Translations under genes and position numbers: made by a program
Part shown: positions 45,843-57,162 of the stretch, one piece after another
Layout: the number at the start of each line of letters is the position of its first letter
Numbering within the stretch: the stretch's first letter is position 1
DNA from: a virus
Taxonomy: Duplodnaviria > Heunggongvirae > Uroviricota > Caudoviricetes
Length of the DNA stretch: 64,000 nucleotides
Virus record (IMG/VR): IMGVR_UViG_3300023174_000034
Direction: 5' to 3' (one strand)
The notes under the pieces: generated by a model
Databases searched by the model: none
Seen by the model: only the letters and a program-made list of their open reading frames with translations
What the model was told of the DNA's origin: nothing

Positions 45843-48800
45843 ATGTCTCAGCAAATAATCAATATTGGTACTAGTGCAGGCGCAGGTGACGGAGACGAAC
45901 TTCGTCAAGCGTTTGATAAAGTAAACGAAAATTTCACAGAAATTTACAGTGGTAACGTTGCCGCTGGAAATTTACTTGTAACGTCTGTGGCTGGCCGCCA
46001 AGGTGCTGTTGAGCTGACCTGGCTTGATATTGCAGGTGTTGCGAACCAGGGCAATGTTACCCAATTAAAACAGTACATTACGTCCAATCTGGCGGCGTCT
46101 TATGCCTACACTGATACTGCAATCAACAACTTGGCAAGTGTCAACAATATAACTGTTGCAGGTGGTACATTATCCAATGTAAACATCACCGGTAACAGTA
46201 CAGGTACATTCACCACTGTTTCAGTAACAAGCACACTGACAGCAAATGCTTTAATCATTGGTACTGGTGGGCTTTCGCTTCCAAATGGTAACTTTGTTCT
46301 AGCAAACGGTAGTTTAGTAGCAAACACCATTGTGTTTGGCGATGCTACCACAATGACCACAACACCAAACTTTGCGCCAACCAACACAGCTATTGCTGGC
46401 CTACGTGCCAACATTACTGCGGCCAATGCCAGTGTTGTGGCGGCCAATCTAAGAGTTGATGCAGCCAATGCCAGCATTACCACTGCAACCAATCGTATTT
46501 CAACACTTGAGGCAAATGCTACCACTCAAGCACTAAGCATCATTACATTGACCTCTGCCAACAGTATCCAGTCTGGGCAAATCAATACTCTGTCTGCCAA
46601 TGCAGGAACACAGGCAGGACAGATCATTGCGCTACGTGCCAATATCACTGCGGCCAATGCACAAATTGACAGCAACTATGCAAGCCTGACATCCAACGCC
46701 AGCACACAGCAAACACAGATCAATGTGTTGCAAAGCAACGTTGTGTCGCTCAATGCGGCAGTGGCCAGTATCAATGCAGGCAACGGTTTGACCTCAGCCA
46801 ATACTGAAATTGACAAACTACGTGCCAACCTTACTGCGGCAAATACTGCAATCAGTACCCTGTCGTCTGTGACCACAGGCAATGCTGTTGCACAAGCGCA
46901 GGCCATCGGAGTGTTACAAACCAATGCAGTCACACAACATTTTCAAATTACCAGCTTGCAGGCCAATGTCGCTGCCGCTAATGTTTTAATTGCTGCCGCC
47001 AATCTAACTGTTGCCAACATACAGATATCAGAACTTCGTGCCAACATCATTGCAGCCAACACAGCCATTGCGGCTGTTACTGTGGCCTGGACTGCCAATG
47101 CAGGAACACAAGCAGGTCTAATAACCGGCTTGACATCCAATGCGGCATCCCAGTCTGTGGCACTCACAGCACTGGTTGCCAATGACGTTGCCCAGCACAC
47201 TTCCATTACTAGCCTACGTGCCAATATTGCGGCAGCTAATGCGGCTATTGCGGCCATTCCAAATGTCAACTCATTGCCAGGCGCAAATATCATTGGACAA
47301 GTTGCCAACTCTGTTGTGTCTGGCACAGTATACAATCCTATACAATCAAACATCACTCGAGTTGGCAATCTGACTGCACTGACAGTTGATGGCAATGCTC
47401 AAATTGACAACCTAACTGCCAGTGCTATCTTTGGACCAGTACGAACACCAGCACAACCATATATCACCAGCGTCGGAAACTTGACTGCCTTGACAGTGAT
47501 CGGAAACGTCACCACAGGTAATGTGAGCGGAGCCAAAGGTACATTTACCAACATTCAAGGCACACTATTAACTCCGGTCCAGACCAACATTACCAATGTT
47601 GGCACCTTGACTGCTCTAACCGTTGCAGGTAATCTAGATGCCGGTAATGTTGTTACTGGTAACGTTTCTGCCAGTCGTATGACTGCCGGCAACATAGTCG
47701 GTACCATACTAACACCAAGCCAAACCAACATTACTCGTGTGGGCACACTCAGCAACTTGGCTGTGACTGCCAACACTGTGGTTGGTAACCTGATAGCAAC
47801 TGGTACTGTCAGTGGAGCAAATTTAACCGGTACACTAAACACAGCCGCACAAACAAACATTACCGCAGTAGGAACACTGGCTAATTTAACAGTTGCTGGC
47901 ACTGTCACAGCAGGTAATATTTCGACCACGGCCGATTTGTGGCTAGGAAATATTTACCCTACCAGGGTCAATGCTCCGATCATTGACTCAGCTGACATCC
48001 GTGGTAACTTAACCACTGCCGCGCAACCATACATCACCAGTGTTGGTACATTGACCAGCCTGACTGTGTCTGGTACCACAACCCTTGCTAATGCAACGCT
48101 GACTGGCACACTAACAGTTAAAGAAGTTGTTGCCAATCTAACAGCACATAACATTTCAGTTTACTCTAATGTATTGGTTGGAAACCTTAACGCTAGTTTC
48201 ATTAGATCCAACGGCAACATACAGACTGGCAATATACTAGTAACTGGAAATATTGTTTCAACCGGTGCATTTGGTGTTGTGCATGCCACAACTGGTGACT
48301 TTGCTAACGTATTTGGAACAGTCAAAACCAATGCACAGCCATTCATTACTAGTGTAGGTACACTGTCAGCATTGACAGTTGATGGCCCTGTTAACATCAC
48401 TGGTAGCCAATTTGTTGCACAAGACTTTTATGTAACAGGCAACTTGTTTGTTAATGGCAACACAACAACTGTGAGTGCTGGCAACGTCACAACCAGCGAC
48501 AAAGACCTAACACTGGCCAATGGTGCAGTGAACTCAACAGCCGCACGTGGCGCCGGACTGTTAATTGGTCAAGGCGGTGCATACGGTAATCTAACCATTT
48601 ATGATGGTGTATGGACCACACCAAACGCATTTGCCATTGCAGGCAATGTTTCGACAGGTAATGTAAGTGGTACCAAAGGCACATTTACCACTGTGGGCGG
48701 CACATTACAAACTGCAAGCCAACCTAATATCACCACAGTTGGCACATTGGGCAATCTGGCAGTTGGCGGAAATATCACAGGTACCATTGCAACAGGCAAC

Positions 48801-51800
48801 CAACCATTCATCACAAACGTGGGTACACTGGGTAACATTACTATTACTGGTACTGCACGAGTTGGTAGTTTGGAATTGCTAGGCGGCGCTGGATCTACTC
48901 TAAACATCGACAACTTATATTTGACAGCCAATGCCTCTGTTGCAAACATCAACGTGAGTGGCACTGCCAATTTGGGCCGTATCAGTGGAACACTGATTAC
49001 CAATGCCCAGCCAAATATTAACAGTGTTGGTACATTGGCTTCATTGACAGTGACTGGTGCTGTTACCACAGCAAACATCACAGCAAATGGTGCAGTGATC
49101 CGAGACCTAAACGTAACCAATGCCAACCTAAGTGTTCTAAGAGTTTCTGGTAATGTTACCACAGGCAACGTGAGTGGCACAACTGGTACGTTCACAAACA
49201 TCTCAGCTGGTTTTGCCAGCTTGACTGGCAATATCAATGTTGCCGCAGTTAATGCAACAAACGGAACATTTGTTGAAATGCAAGGTCGTGTGCTGACAAA
49301 TGCACAACCATACATTACCAGCGTTGGTACACTGACAGCATTGTCTGTGACTGGCAACGTTACTACAGGTAACGTAAGTGGTACAACAGGTGCGTTCACC
49401 AATGTAACTGGTACCCTACAAACTGCAAGTCAAACCAATATCACAGCAGTTGGCACACTAGGAGCACTGGCAGTCACAGGCAACGTTACTACAGGTAACG
49501 TGAGTGGTACAACTGGTGCATTCACCAATGTAACAGGTACCCTACAAACTGCAAGTCAAACCAATATCACAGCAGTTGGCACACTAGGCAACTTAACTGT
49601 TACTGGTACAACCACAGCGGCAAATATTTCTGCCAATGGTGTAACAGTCAAAGATCTAAATGCAACCTATGCCAACATTGGCGCAACTGCTAGTATTACA
49701 GGCAATGTCACAACAGGCAATGTAAGTGGTACAACTGGTGCATTCACCAATGTAACAGGTACGCTAAGAACCAATGCACAACCGCATATTACCAGTGTGG
49801 GTACACTAGGTAATTTAACTGTTACTGGTAATATCAGCGGCAACGTAGTGGCCACACTGATCTATGGTGGTATACTAACAGCATCATCGCAACCAAACAT
49901 CACAGTAGTCGGTACATTGGTGTCGTTGGGTGTGACAGGCAATGTCACAACAGGCAATGTAAGTGGTACAACTGGTGCATTCACCAATGTAACAGGTACG
50001 CTAAGAACCAATGCACAACCCTTTATTACCAGTACCGGCACTCTAACAACATTAGCTGTTACAGGTAATGCAAGCACAGGCAACGTAAGTGGCACTACTG
50101 CTACATTTACTGAAGTGCAAGGCACGGTGTTAACCAATGCTCAACCTTACATTACCAGTGTTGGTACTTTAACATCATTATCTGTCACAGGCAACGTCAG
50201 CGCAGCCGATGTAAATGCCACAGCTACACACACCACTGGTAACTCTGTATCATCAAACACGCAAGTGACTGGAACCGCGCAGGTTGCCAACTTGACTGTA
50301 ACTGGTAATACTGCTCTCACAAACAATGTCAATGCTTTGAGTAGCATAAACATCACCAACCAATTGGTTGTGTTGGGCGCCAACGTCAATGCAATAAATG
50401 CCAACGTGCAAGCAAGCTCGGCACTGATTACAAATGTATTTGTTGGCACCATGAGAGCCAGTAGCACTACAGAAGCCGAATCATCAGTTACTGGCGCAAT
50501 CGTAACTCCTGGTGGTATTAGTGCTTCCAAGCAAATCTACTCCGGTGGTAACTTGATTGCAGACGGTAACGTTATTTCTGGTGGTAATATTATTGCTCTC
50601 ACCAACGTTAGAGTTGGTGGCGACATGTACTTCTTTGGTACACAACCATCTGTGGACTTTATCAGCAACAGAGCAAACGTGTCAATGTTTGATAGTAGCG
50701 TTACAACTATCAGTATTGGCGGTGAAGCAACAACTGTAAACATTGGTGCAATTTCTGGATTTGGTAATACCACGATCCGTAATGACCTGACACTAAAAGG
50801 TGGTTTGTTTCCAGAAGGTGGATTTGGTCTACCTGGACTTGGCAATGTTATTGTCAACAATGACCTGAATGTTGCTGCCAGCATTTATGCTCCTTACATC
50901 ACTGTTGGTGCTCGTACTATCACAGGCAACGGTTTTGCCAATGCACGTACCACAGCAACCAATATCAACAGCGGTGCGCTACAAGTACGTGGCGGCACTG
51001 GTATCAGTGGTAACCTAGTGGTTGGTGCTCCAAGCAACAGCAACAGCACAGTCTACATCAACAGCATTGCTACAACAACAAGCAGTAGTACAGGTGCGTT
51101 ACAAGTCACAGGCGGTATTGCTACCAAAGGTAACTTGTGGGTGGAAGGCGAAGCAACCATCGTTGGTAACGTGAACTTTACAGCGTTTTTGGCAGCATCC
51201 ATCAACGGTACACCAATTGGTAACGCAACACCAAGCACTGGTGTGTTTACTGCAATAGCCACATCCAATAGTACCCCAAGCATTCGTCCAAGTATCAACT
51301 TTGACTTTGCAAACAATCCAAACTTGCCACAGAGCATTACCTACTCACGCACAGGACCAGCAACGTACTACGATGTTCGTGGTAACTTACGTGTAGCACC
51401 TGCATATGCTCCTCGCTTTACCCATGACCCATCAACAGGTGTTTGCTTGGGATTGATGATTGAAGAAACTCGTCAAAACTTGTATCGTGAGTCCAACAGC
51501 TTTGCTAACACTGCTGTGTATGCAACAACCAATGCAACTGTGTCGGTTGTGTCAAGTGCAACACCCAGCCCAGACGGCAACTACAATGCCTACAAACTAG
51601 TCGACAATGCCACACTCAACATCCACGGCATTGCACAACAAGCACCATACTCTCCAACTGTATCACTTGGTGCTATCTACACAGCCAGCGCCTTTGCCAA
51701 GGCAGGTGAAAAAGATCAAGTGTCGTTGATCTTCCAAGGCGAAGGCGATCCAACTATATTTGACTTGACCAACGGCGTGGTTGATCACGAAGGTACAGGA

Positions 51801-52610
51801 GCACCAGCACATAGAAGTACCATTGAACTGCAAGCCAACGGTTGGTACAGAATTTCTAGTACAGTGACCAAAACCAATACTGACGGTACAGTGACACTGG
51901 CATTGGCTGATGGTGGACTTGTCACTTACACAGGTACAGGCACTGCTGGTGCTTATGTATACGGTCTCCAGCTGGAACCTGGTGGTTTTGCAACCAGCTA
52001 TGTTCCAAACACAACTGTTGCCAACACCCGTGGCACAGATACTGTTACTATTACTTCAGCTGAATTTACTCGCAAGTATGTGTCATCCCAGACCAGTGTC
52101 ATGGTTGATGCACGTTTGAACTATCGTCCGACTACACTGACTGGTGTACAACGTTCAACATTGGTCAGCTTCAATGACGGCACAGTCAACAATCGCGTGA
52201 GCATTGTGGCAGAAAATAAAACTTCAAGCCCAGTAGCACGTTTTGCTAATTTGGTAATTTACTCAAGTGGTGTATTGCAAAGCAACGTCTCGTTGAACAG
52301 CAATATTTCAGTACCTGTTGCCAACTTGACTTCAAGTGCATTGCGTGGGTATGTATCAACCAGTGAAGTTGGCAAGGTGGCAGCATACTTTAGCCGCACT
52401 GGCCTAATTGGTCGTGCTTACAACAACGTAGGCAACGTTTATGCCAGCTCTGGCAACGTCAGCCAATCAATCACGCAAATACAAATTGGTGCCGGTCCGG
52501 GCACCAGCGTACTGAATGGCACAATTTCTAAATTGCAAATCTTCTCAGCTGTGGTAACTGGTAACGAATTGCAAACACTAACACGGGTTCGAGCCGAAGG
52601 GGCAACATAA
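45843..52610 (+). CDS. Giant tail-fibre protein (2255 aa) built of beta-helix-like repeats.
   Basis: N-terminus QIINIGTSAGAGDGDELRQAFDKVNENFTEIY. Dozens of units of about 30-35 aa (TGNVSGTTGAFTNVTGTLQTASQTNITAVGTLGxLxVTGN). Confidence 0.7.
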   Translation: MSQQIINIGTSAGAGDGDELRQAFDKVNENFTEIYSGNVAAGNLLVTSVAGRQGAVELTWLDIAGVANQGNVTQLKQYITSNLAASYAYTDTAINNLASVNNITVAGGTLSNVNITGNSTGTFTTVSVTSTLTANALIIGTGGLSLPNGNFVLANGSLVANTIVFGDATTMTTTPNFAPTNTAIAGLRANITAANASVVAANLRVDAANASITTATNRISTLEANATTQALSIITLTSANSIQSGQINTLSANAGTQAGQIIALRANITAANAQIDSNYASLTSNASTQQTQINVLQSNVVSLNAAVASINAGNGLTSANTEIDKLRANLTAANTAISTLSSVTTGNAVAQAQAIGVLQTNAVTQHFQITSLQANVAAANVLIAAANLTVANIQISELRANIIAANTAIAAVTVAWTANAGTQAGLITGLTSNAASQSVALTALVANDVAQHTSITSLRANIAAANAAIAAIPNVNSLPGANIIGQVANSVVSGTVYNPIQSNITRVGNLTALTVDGNAQIDNLTASAIFGPVRTPAQPYITSVGNLTALTVIGNVTTGNVSGAKGTFTNIQGTLLTPVQTNITNVGTLTALTVAGNLDAGNVVTGNVSASRMTAGNIVGTILTPSQTNITRVGTLSNLAVTANTVVGNLIATGTVSGANLTGTLNTAAQTNITAVGTLANLTVAGTVTAGNISTTADLWLGNIYPTRVNAPIIDSADIRGNLTTAAQPYITSVGTLTSLTVSGTTTLANATLTGTLTVKEVVANLTAHNISVYSNVLVGNLNASFIRSNGNIQTGNILVTGNIVSTGAFGVVHATTGDFANVFGTVKTNAQPFITSVGTLSALTVDGPVNITGSQFVAQDFYVTGNLFVNGNTTTVSAGNVTTSDKDLTLANGAVNSTAARGAGLLIGQGGAYGNLTIYDGVWTTPNAFAIAGNVSTGNVSGTKGTFTTVGGTLQTASQPNITTVGTLGNLAVGGNITGTIATGNQPFITNVGTLGNITITGTARVGSLELLGGAGSTLNIDNLYLTANASVANINVSGTANLGRISGTLITNAQPNINSVGTLASLTVTGAVTTANITANGAVIRDLNVTNANLSVLRVSGNVTTGNVSGTTGTFTNISAGFASLTGNINVAAVNATNGTFVEMQGRVLTNAQPYITSVGTLTALSVTGNVTTGNVSGTTGAFTNVTGTLQTASQTNITAVGTLGALAVTGNVTTGNVSGTTGAFTNVTGTLQTASQTNITAVGTLGNLTVTGTTTAANISANGVTVKDLNATYANIGATASITGNVTTGNVSGTTGAFTNVTGTLRTNAQPHITSVGTLGNLTVTGNISGNVVATLIYGGILTASSQPNITVVGTLVSLGVTGNVTTGNVSGTTGAFTNVTGTLRTNAQPFITSTGTLTTLAVTGNASTGNVSGTTATFTEVQGTVLTNAQPYITSVGTLTSLSVTGNVSAADVNATATHTTGNSVSSNTQVTGTAQVANLTVTGNTALTNNVNALSSINITNQLVVLGANVNAINANVQASSALITNVFVGTMRASSTTEAESSVTGAIVTPGGISASKQIYSGGNLIADGNVISGGNIIALTNVRVGGDMYFFGTQPSVDFISNRANVSMFDSSVTTISIGGEATTVNIGAISGFGNTTIRNDLTLKGGLFPEGGFGLPGLGNVIVNNDLNVAASIYAPYITVGARTITGNGFANARTTATNINSGALQVRGGTGISGNLVVGAPSNSNSTVYINSIATTTSSSTGALQVTGGIATKGNLWVEGEATIVGNVNFTAFLAASINGTPIGNATPSTGVFTAIATSNSTPSIRPSINFDFANNPNLPQSITYSRTGPATYYDVRGNLRVAPAYAPRFTHDPSTGVCLGLMIEETRQNLYRESNSFANTAVYATTNATVSVVSSATPSPDGNYNAYKLVDNATLNIHGIAQQAPYSPTVSLGAIYTASAFAKAGEKDQVSLIFQGEGDPTIFDLTNGVVDHEGTGAPAHRSTIELQANGWYRISSTVTKTNTDGTVTLALADGGLVTYTGTGTAGAYVYGLQLEPGGFATSYVPNTTVANTRGTDTVTITSAEFTRKYVSSQTSVMVDARLNYRPTTLTGVQRSTLVSFNDGTVNNRVSIVAENKTSSPVARFANLVIYSSGVLQSNVSLNSNISVPVANLTSSALRGYVSTSEVGKVAAYFSRTGLIGRAYNNVGNVYASSGNVSQSITQIQIGAGPGTSVLNGTISKLQIFSAVVTGNELQTLTRVRAEGAT
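49361..49600 (+). repeat. Near-identical tandem coding repeat of about 120 nt inside the giant fibre gene.
   Basis: aacgttactacaggtaacgt(a/g)agtggtacaac(a/t)ggtgc(g/a)ttcaccaatgtaac(t/a)ggtaccctacaaactgcaagtcaaaccaatatcacagcagttggcacactagg occurs twice in tandem. A further near-identical pair lies at about 49690-49780 and about 49930-50020. Confidence 0.7.
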
Positions 52611-52613
52611 TAA

Positions 52614-53027
52614 ATGACAACAGTTAATTTAATTGGTAACGCACCAAATCAAATTCCAACCAATGCCGATCTAGGCACAATGGCATTTACGGACGTTGAT
52701 CCGTTTGTTTCTACTAGAAGCATAAATGTTGCTGTTCCCAGTGCTACCACACAGATACTAGATACATTTGGACTACAGCAATATCGCACAGCCAAATATG
52801 TTGTACAAGCAACATATTCCACTGTGGTTTATGCCAGTGAGTTTTTGCTAACACATGACGGCACTTATGTGTACACAACCGAGTTTGCCCGATTAACCAA
52901 CCAACCCACAAGTTTACTAGCAACATTTGACGCTGTGATCAGCGGTGATGCTATTAACTTTAGATTTACCAACAACGTAGGGCAAGATGTTACGGTTACA
53001 GCCACACGTATTGCCATTAACTCTTAA
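52614..53027 (+). CDS. Small protein between fibre genes, a possible fibre chaperone or assembly protein.
   Basis: 137-aa ORF immediately after the giant fibre gene. Confidence 0.4.
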   Translation: MTTVNLIGNAPNQIPTNADLGTMAFTDVDPFVSTRSINVAVPSATTQILDTFGLQQYRTAKYVVQATYSTVVYASEFLLTHDGTYVYTTEFARLTNQPTSLLATFDAVISGDAINFRFTNNVGQDVTVTATRIAINS

Positions 53028-53073
53028 TTTGGACGGTACACACAGCACTAAATATGACAAATAGGAAATAAAA

Positions 53074-53988
53074 ATGGCGATACAAGACATAGATGTTGGC
53101 TCGGTACCAAACGATGGCACAGGCGACTCGATACGCGATGCCTTTGTAAAAGCCAACGACAACTTCCTGTTCTTGGACCTGGCTCGCCAAAATCTCACAA
53201 CAGGCAATTTAGTCGCAACTGGTAATGTTAGTTTGCAAGCAAGTTCTCCAAGCTATTGGTCGGGCGGCCCATACTACATTGACGGTATTGAAATTGCCAC
53301 AGTTGGTACAACGTTCTCGGGCGGTACTGTTGCTAACCCAACCACGTTTGTGGCCACTACACCAAGTTCCAGTAACGTAACTGGTGCTGTGGTTGTAACT
53401 GGTGGTCTAGGCGTTGGTGGTACTGCTTATCTAAGCTCGGCATACGCCAAGGCCTTGAACGTGGAGGGTTCAATTACTGCCGCTACGCTACAAGTTGGCG
53501 GCGTGGTGCAGTTAGATGCCGCAGTTGCAACAGGTAACGTGACCACAACAGGTTTTAACAACACCAGCGGTAACGTCACTGCTGGTAGTGCTGCCAATCC
53601 AGCTCTGAAGCGTAGTGTCATAAGTTATTTTGGTGCATTCACTGAAGTCACCGGAACCATACAAACGGCAGCGCAACCCAATATTACCAGCACAGGCACA
53701 TTGTCTGCACTTGCTATCTCGGGCAACTTGATTGCCAACAATGTCACAGCAAACATCAATTTGCAAGCACTAACATTATCAGTCAGTGCAAATGCTAAAG
53801 TTAATGCTAATTTGGTAGTTGGCACCTATGCCAACGTTGGCGGCAATGTAATATCTCAGCATGTGCAATCAGGAATTGGTACATTTGCCAACGTAACTGT
53901 ATCGTCAATTCCCACAGTTAAAAGCGTAACAACAAAAGAATACGTGACCGCCACAGTGGTTGGTTTCGCAATTGGATTAGGATCATAA
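53074..53988 (+). CDS. Tail-fibre-like protein (304 aa).
   Basis: N-terminus IDVGSVPNDGTGDSIRDAFVKANDNFLFL is the same motif as the giant fibre. G/T/N/V-rich repeats. Confidence 0.55.
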   Translation: MAIQDIDVGSVPNDGTGDSIRDAFVKANDNFLFLDLARQNLTTGNLVATGNVSLQASSPSYWSGGPYYIDGIEIATVGTTFSGGTVANPTTFVATTPSSSNVTGAVVVTGGLGVGGTAYLSSAYAKALNVEGSITAATLQVGGVVQLDAAVATGNVTTTGFNNTSGNVTAGSAANPALKRSVISYFGAFTEVTGTIQTAAQPNITSTGTLSALAISGNLIANNVTANINLQALTLSVSANAKVNANLVVGTYANVGGNVISQHVQSGIGTFANVTVSSIPTVKSVTTKEYVTATVVGFAIGLGS

Positions 53989-53989
53989 A

Positions 53990-56900
53990 ATGTCAAAGAA
54001 GCAAGTTAAAAAATACGTATATGTACCAGGCGGTGTGGGCACTGGCCATGCAGGTGTCGGCAGCGGCGATGGCAAAAACGGCTATATTATAGTCGAAGGA
54101 AAACAAGACTTGTACAAGTTGTTGTTGATTACCAACGTCACCCGAGGTACTATTCTTTACAACTTTGCCGACACATTAAACACAGGTGCAACAACATCAT
54201 TCTCTCCAGGCGGTATCAAAACCAGTACCGCAGATACATCTGTAGTAACCTACGATAATATTCCTCTTGGGTCATTGACAGTTGGAACTGCGTCTATTCA
54301 AAACACACCAGGATCTGGCGAAACAAGAATTTATCTCACAAGTATTGATACCAGCAGCCATGATCCAGCAGATAAACTAAGTATCTTCGTTGAGGAGCAA
54401 TACCAATTGGTGCGTACCTGGGGCGACTTCGGCACTGATGCGATTGAGCGTCAACGTGTGGCCAATCCACAATCACAAATTGACGCTGACTTTGAATACG
54501 GACTGCAAGCTACCAAATGGCAAGGCTTTGAATTGGTTAACCAATATCCAAGCGTGTACGAAGCAACAGGTGCCGAACTAGTCACCACTGCTCTTTCATC
54601 TAGCAACACTGATCCAAGTGTTATCACAGTCTACAGCACAGCACACGGCTTGGCCGTGAATGATCCTTTTACATTACAAGGCGCAGACGTTAACGCAACT
54701 GGCTTTACTCGAGCACAAGGTAGTTCTATTGTGTTCAGTGCCAATGCAAATGCATTCTCTTACTATGCAAAAGGTCAAGTTACTCCGTTAGCAGGCACAG
54801 CCAACGCAAGTATTTTAAGTCCACGTACTTTGATACGCAAAGGCGGATTCTACTCTGGTGCAGATTTGCCTGCTGTTCAGTTTAGCTCAAATGGTGCTAC
54901 TCCATCCAGCATCACCATCCACTTTAGCTCATCACATGGTTTTACGCCAGGCATGCCTCTTATGATTGGTGGAGACCCCACATTCAATACCAATCAATTC
55001 CAAAATTTAGTCGGTAGCTATTATGCCAATAGCATTCCAACTGCATACCAAGTTGAATTCACTGCACGTGGCCAAGTTATTACTTCTGGTAACGTTGCAC
55101 CCAACTCAGGCACAAACAAACTAAAAGTATACACACGCAATGACGGTTTCTTCCTGCATCGCCCAGGTGACGGCGGTGTACTAATGGGCACAGCCAGTGC
55201 GGCACATGGTGCTGCCGCTACTCGTCAAAGTAAGAAATATTTCCGATACCAGTCTGGTAAAGGCTTGTTGTACACCACCGGTGTGTTGTTTGCTCCCAAC
55301 TATGATGTTGTCAGTGTTGCTGTGAATAACTATCCACAGCAATCAGCAGGTTCTGCTATTTTGCGTATCACAACCAGCGTACCACATGGTTGCCAAATTG
55401 GCGCTGTGATTCGTATCACAGGATGTGTGGACTCAACTACCAGTTCTGGATTCAATGCACAATACACAGTTACTGGTATTGTGAGTGATGTATCACTGGA
55501 TGTTCTTGCTACCAACAACGTGGTTGGTACTGGCGCTGACGTGGCGGCTGTTCCAAAATTGTACATGTACCAGTGGCACGGTGCTTGTATTCGTACAGGC
55601 CCGCATGATGATGCCAATGGTATGTTCTACGAATACGACGGACAATACTTCAACGTTGTCAAACGTACATCAACACTACAACTTGCAGGTACTGCAACAT
55701 TTACCGCAGGCTCTAACACCATCGATGGTGTCAATACATTGTGGGCAAGTCAGTTGAAAATTGGCGATCGTATTGTTATCAAGGGCATGGTTCACAAGGT
55801 GAACTATATCACAAGCACAACACAAATTGCTGTTACACCTGACTTCCGTGGTGCATCAACCACGTCAGGTAATTACATTTGGAAAGTACAGGAAGTTCGA
55901 GTCAAACAAGCAAATTTCAACTACGATACAGCTGACGGAACTGGTCCAAGTGGTTACAAGATGGATCCAAACCACATGCAGATGATTGGTATTCAGTTTA
56001 CCTGGTACGGTGCCGGTTTTATGGACTTCATGGTACGTGGTCCAGATGGTAACTTTATTATCCTACATCGCATGAAACAAAACAACATCAACGTTACTGC
56101 TTCCATGCGTTCAGCTAACTTACCTATTCGTTATGAAGTTTCAAACGAAGCATCTAACGGTGTTGTACAGTTGAAGACCACAGGCGGCTTGACAACCAGC
56201 TCAACCAGCTGTGCTGTGAGCGATGTGACATTCTTACCAGACACTGGTTATATCTACATGAACTATGAATTGATCAAGTATTCAAGTATCAACCGTAACG
56301 ATACTCCATATCCAATTCTAAACGGATTGACTCGTTGTGCAGGTGCCAACGTGTTCATTGGTGGTTCTTACAGAACCATCCACGGCGTACCTGCTCCTAT
56401 TGCACACGGCCCAGGATCAGGTATTGAGCTTGTGTCATTGACAGCAAGTCCAAACATCAGTCACTGGGGTAGTTCATACATCATGGACGGCGGATTTGAC
56501 CTGGATCGTGGTTATGCGTTCTCATACTCATTCCAACCATCTCCTATTAGCAATACCTTAACTTCAAAATTTGGTATTCGATTGGCACCTAGTGCAAGTA
56601 ATGGATTAACTGGCGATTTGGGCGTTAAAGAATTGTTAAATCGTGCTCAGTTGTTGCTACAAAACATCGACGTAACAGTGGGCAATGCCGCAGTCACTGA
56701 CAGTGTGCGTACAGCATACAGCGCCACCTCGGTGATTGAAGCAAACTCTGCTATCCTTGTACAAGGTATCCTGAATCCAAGCAACTACTACGAAGCAAAC
56801 GAAGTATGGGCACCGCTAAACTCTGCAGGTTACGGCGCACAGCCTAGTTTTACACAAATTGCGGCAGCGCCAACATTTACTGCAAACACAGCGGCCATTG

Positions 56901-57121
56901 GAGGCGAAAAGATTTTTGAATTCCTTGCAAGTCCTGGACAGCTAAACCAGTTAGATTTGTCAGGTATCAAAGAACTTACGCAAAGTGCAGTGGGCGGACG
57001 TGGTACTTTCCCCAACGGATCTGACAGTTTGTACATTAACATACAACTTTATCCATCCACTGGTTCTCGAATCATGGGTAATGTGGGTATGACACTACGT
57101 TGGAACGAAGCGCAGGCCTAA
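53990..57121 (+). CDS. Large virion structural protein (1043 aa), a fibre or baseplate component.
   Basis: Long Ser/Thr/Gly/Asn-rich ORF within the fibre module. Abuts the previous gene's stop. Confidence 0.5.
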   Translation: MSKKQVKKYVYVPGGVGTGHAGVGSGDGKNGYIIVEGKQDLYKLLLITNVTRGTILYNFADTLNTGATTSFSPGGIKTSTADTSVVTYDNIPLGSLTVGTASIQNTPGSGETRIYLTSIDTSSHDPADKLSIFVEEQYQLVRTWGDFGTDAIERQRVANPQSQIDADFEYGLQATKWQGFELVNQYPSVYEATGAELVTTALSSSNTDPSVITVYSTAHGLAVNDPFTLQGADVNATGFTRAQGSSIVFSANANAFSYYAKGQVTPLAGTANASILSPRTLIRKGGFYSGADLPAVQFSSNGATPSSITIHFSSSHGFTPGMPLMIGGDPTFNTNQFQNLVGSYYANSIPTAYQVEFTARGQVITSGNVAPNSGTNKLKVYTRNDGFFLHRPGDGGVLMGTASAAHGAAATRQSKKYFRYQSGKGLLYTTGVLFAPNYDVVSVAVNNYPQQSAGSAILRITTSVPHGCQIGAVIRITGCVDSTTSSGFNAQYTVTGIVSDVSLDVLATNNVVGTGADVAAVPKLYMYQWHGACIRTGPHDDANGMFYEYDGQYFNVVKRTSTLQLAGTATFTAGSNTIDGVNTLWASQLKIGDRIVIKGMVHKVNYITSTTQIAVTPDFRGASTTSGNYIWKVQEVRVKQANFNYDTADGTGPSGYKMDPNHMQMIGIQFTWYGAGFMDFMVRGPDGNFIILHRMKQNNINVTASMRSANLPIRYEVSNEASNGVVQLKTTGGLTTSSTSCAVSDVTFLPDTGYIYMNYELIKYSSINRNDTPYPILNGLTRCAGANVFIGGSYRTIHGVPAPIAHGPGSGIELVSLTASPNISHWGSSYIMDGGFDLDRGYAFSYSFQPSPISNTLTSKFGIRLAPSASNGLTGDLGVKELLNRAQLLLQNIDVTVGNAAVTDSVRTAYSATSVIEANSAILVQGILNPSNYYEANEVWAPLNSAGYGAQPSFTQIAAAPTFTANTAAIGGEKIFEFLASPGQLNQLDLSGIKELTQSAVGGRGTFPNGSDSLYINIQLYPSTGSRIMGNVGMTLRWNEAQA

Positions 57122-57162
57122 GCCACTTTTGCAGTTCCATAAATACATAAAATGGAACAGAT

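Noticed and set aside
46106-50884. Numerous 60-270-aa minus-strand ORFs inside the giant fibre gene (for example 46106-46525, 46943-47395, 48599-49402)
   Set aside because: Shadow ORFs caused by the repetitive, stop-poor composition of the plus-strand fibre gene. They have no RBS and are fully nested antisense to a 2255-aa ORF.
45843-52610. Periodic repeats that could be mistaken for a CRISPR array
   Set aside because: Repeats are in-frame coding units of variable sequence (30-35 aa) without unique spacers or a leader. They encode a fibre beta-structure.
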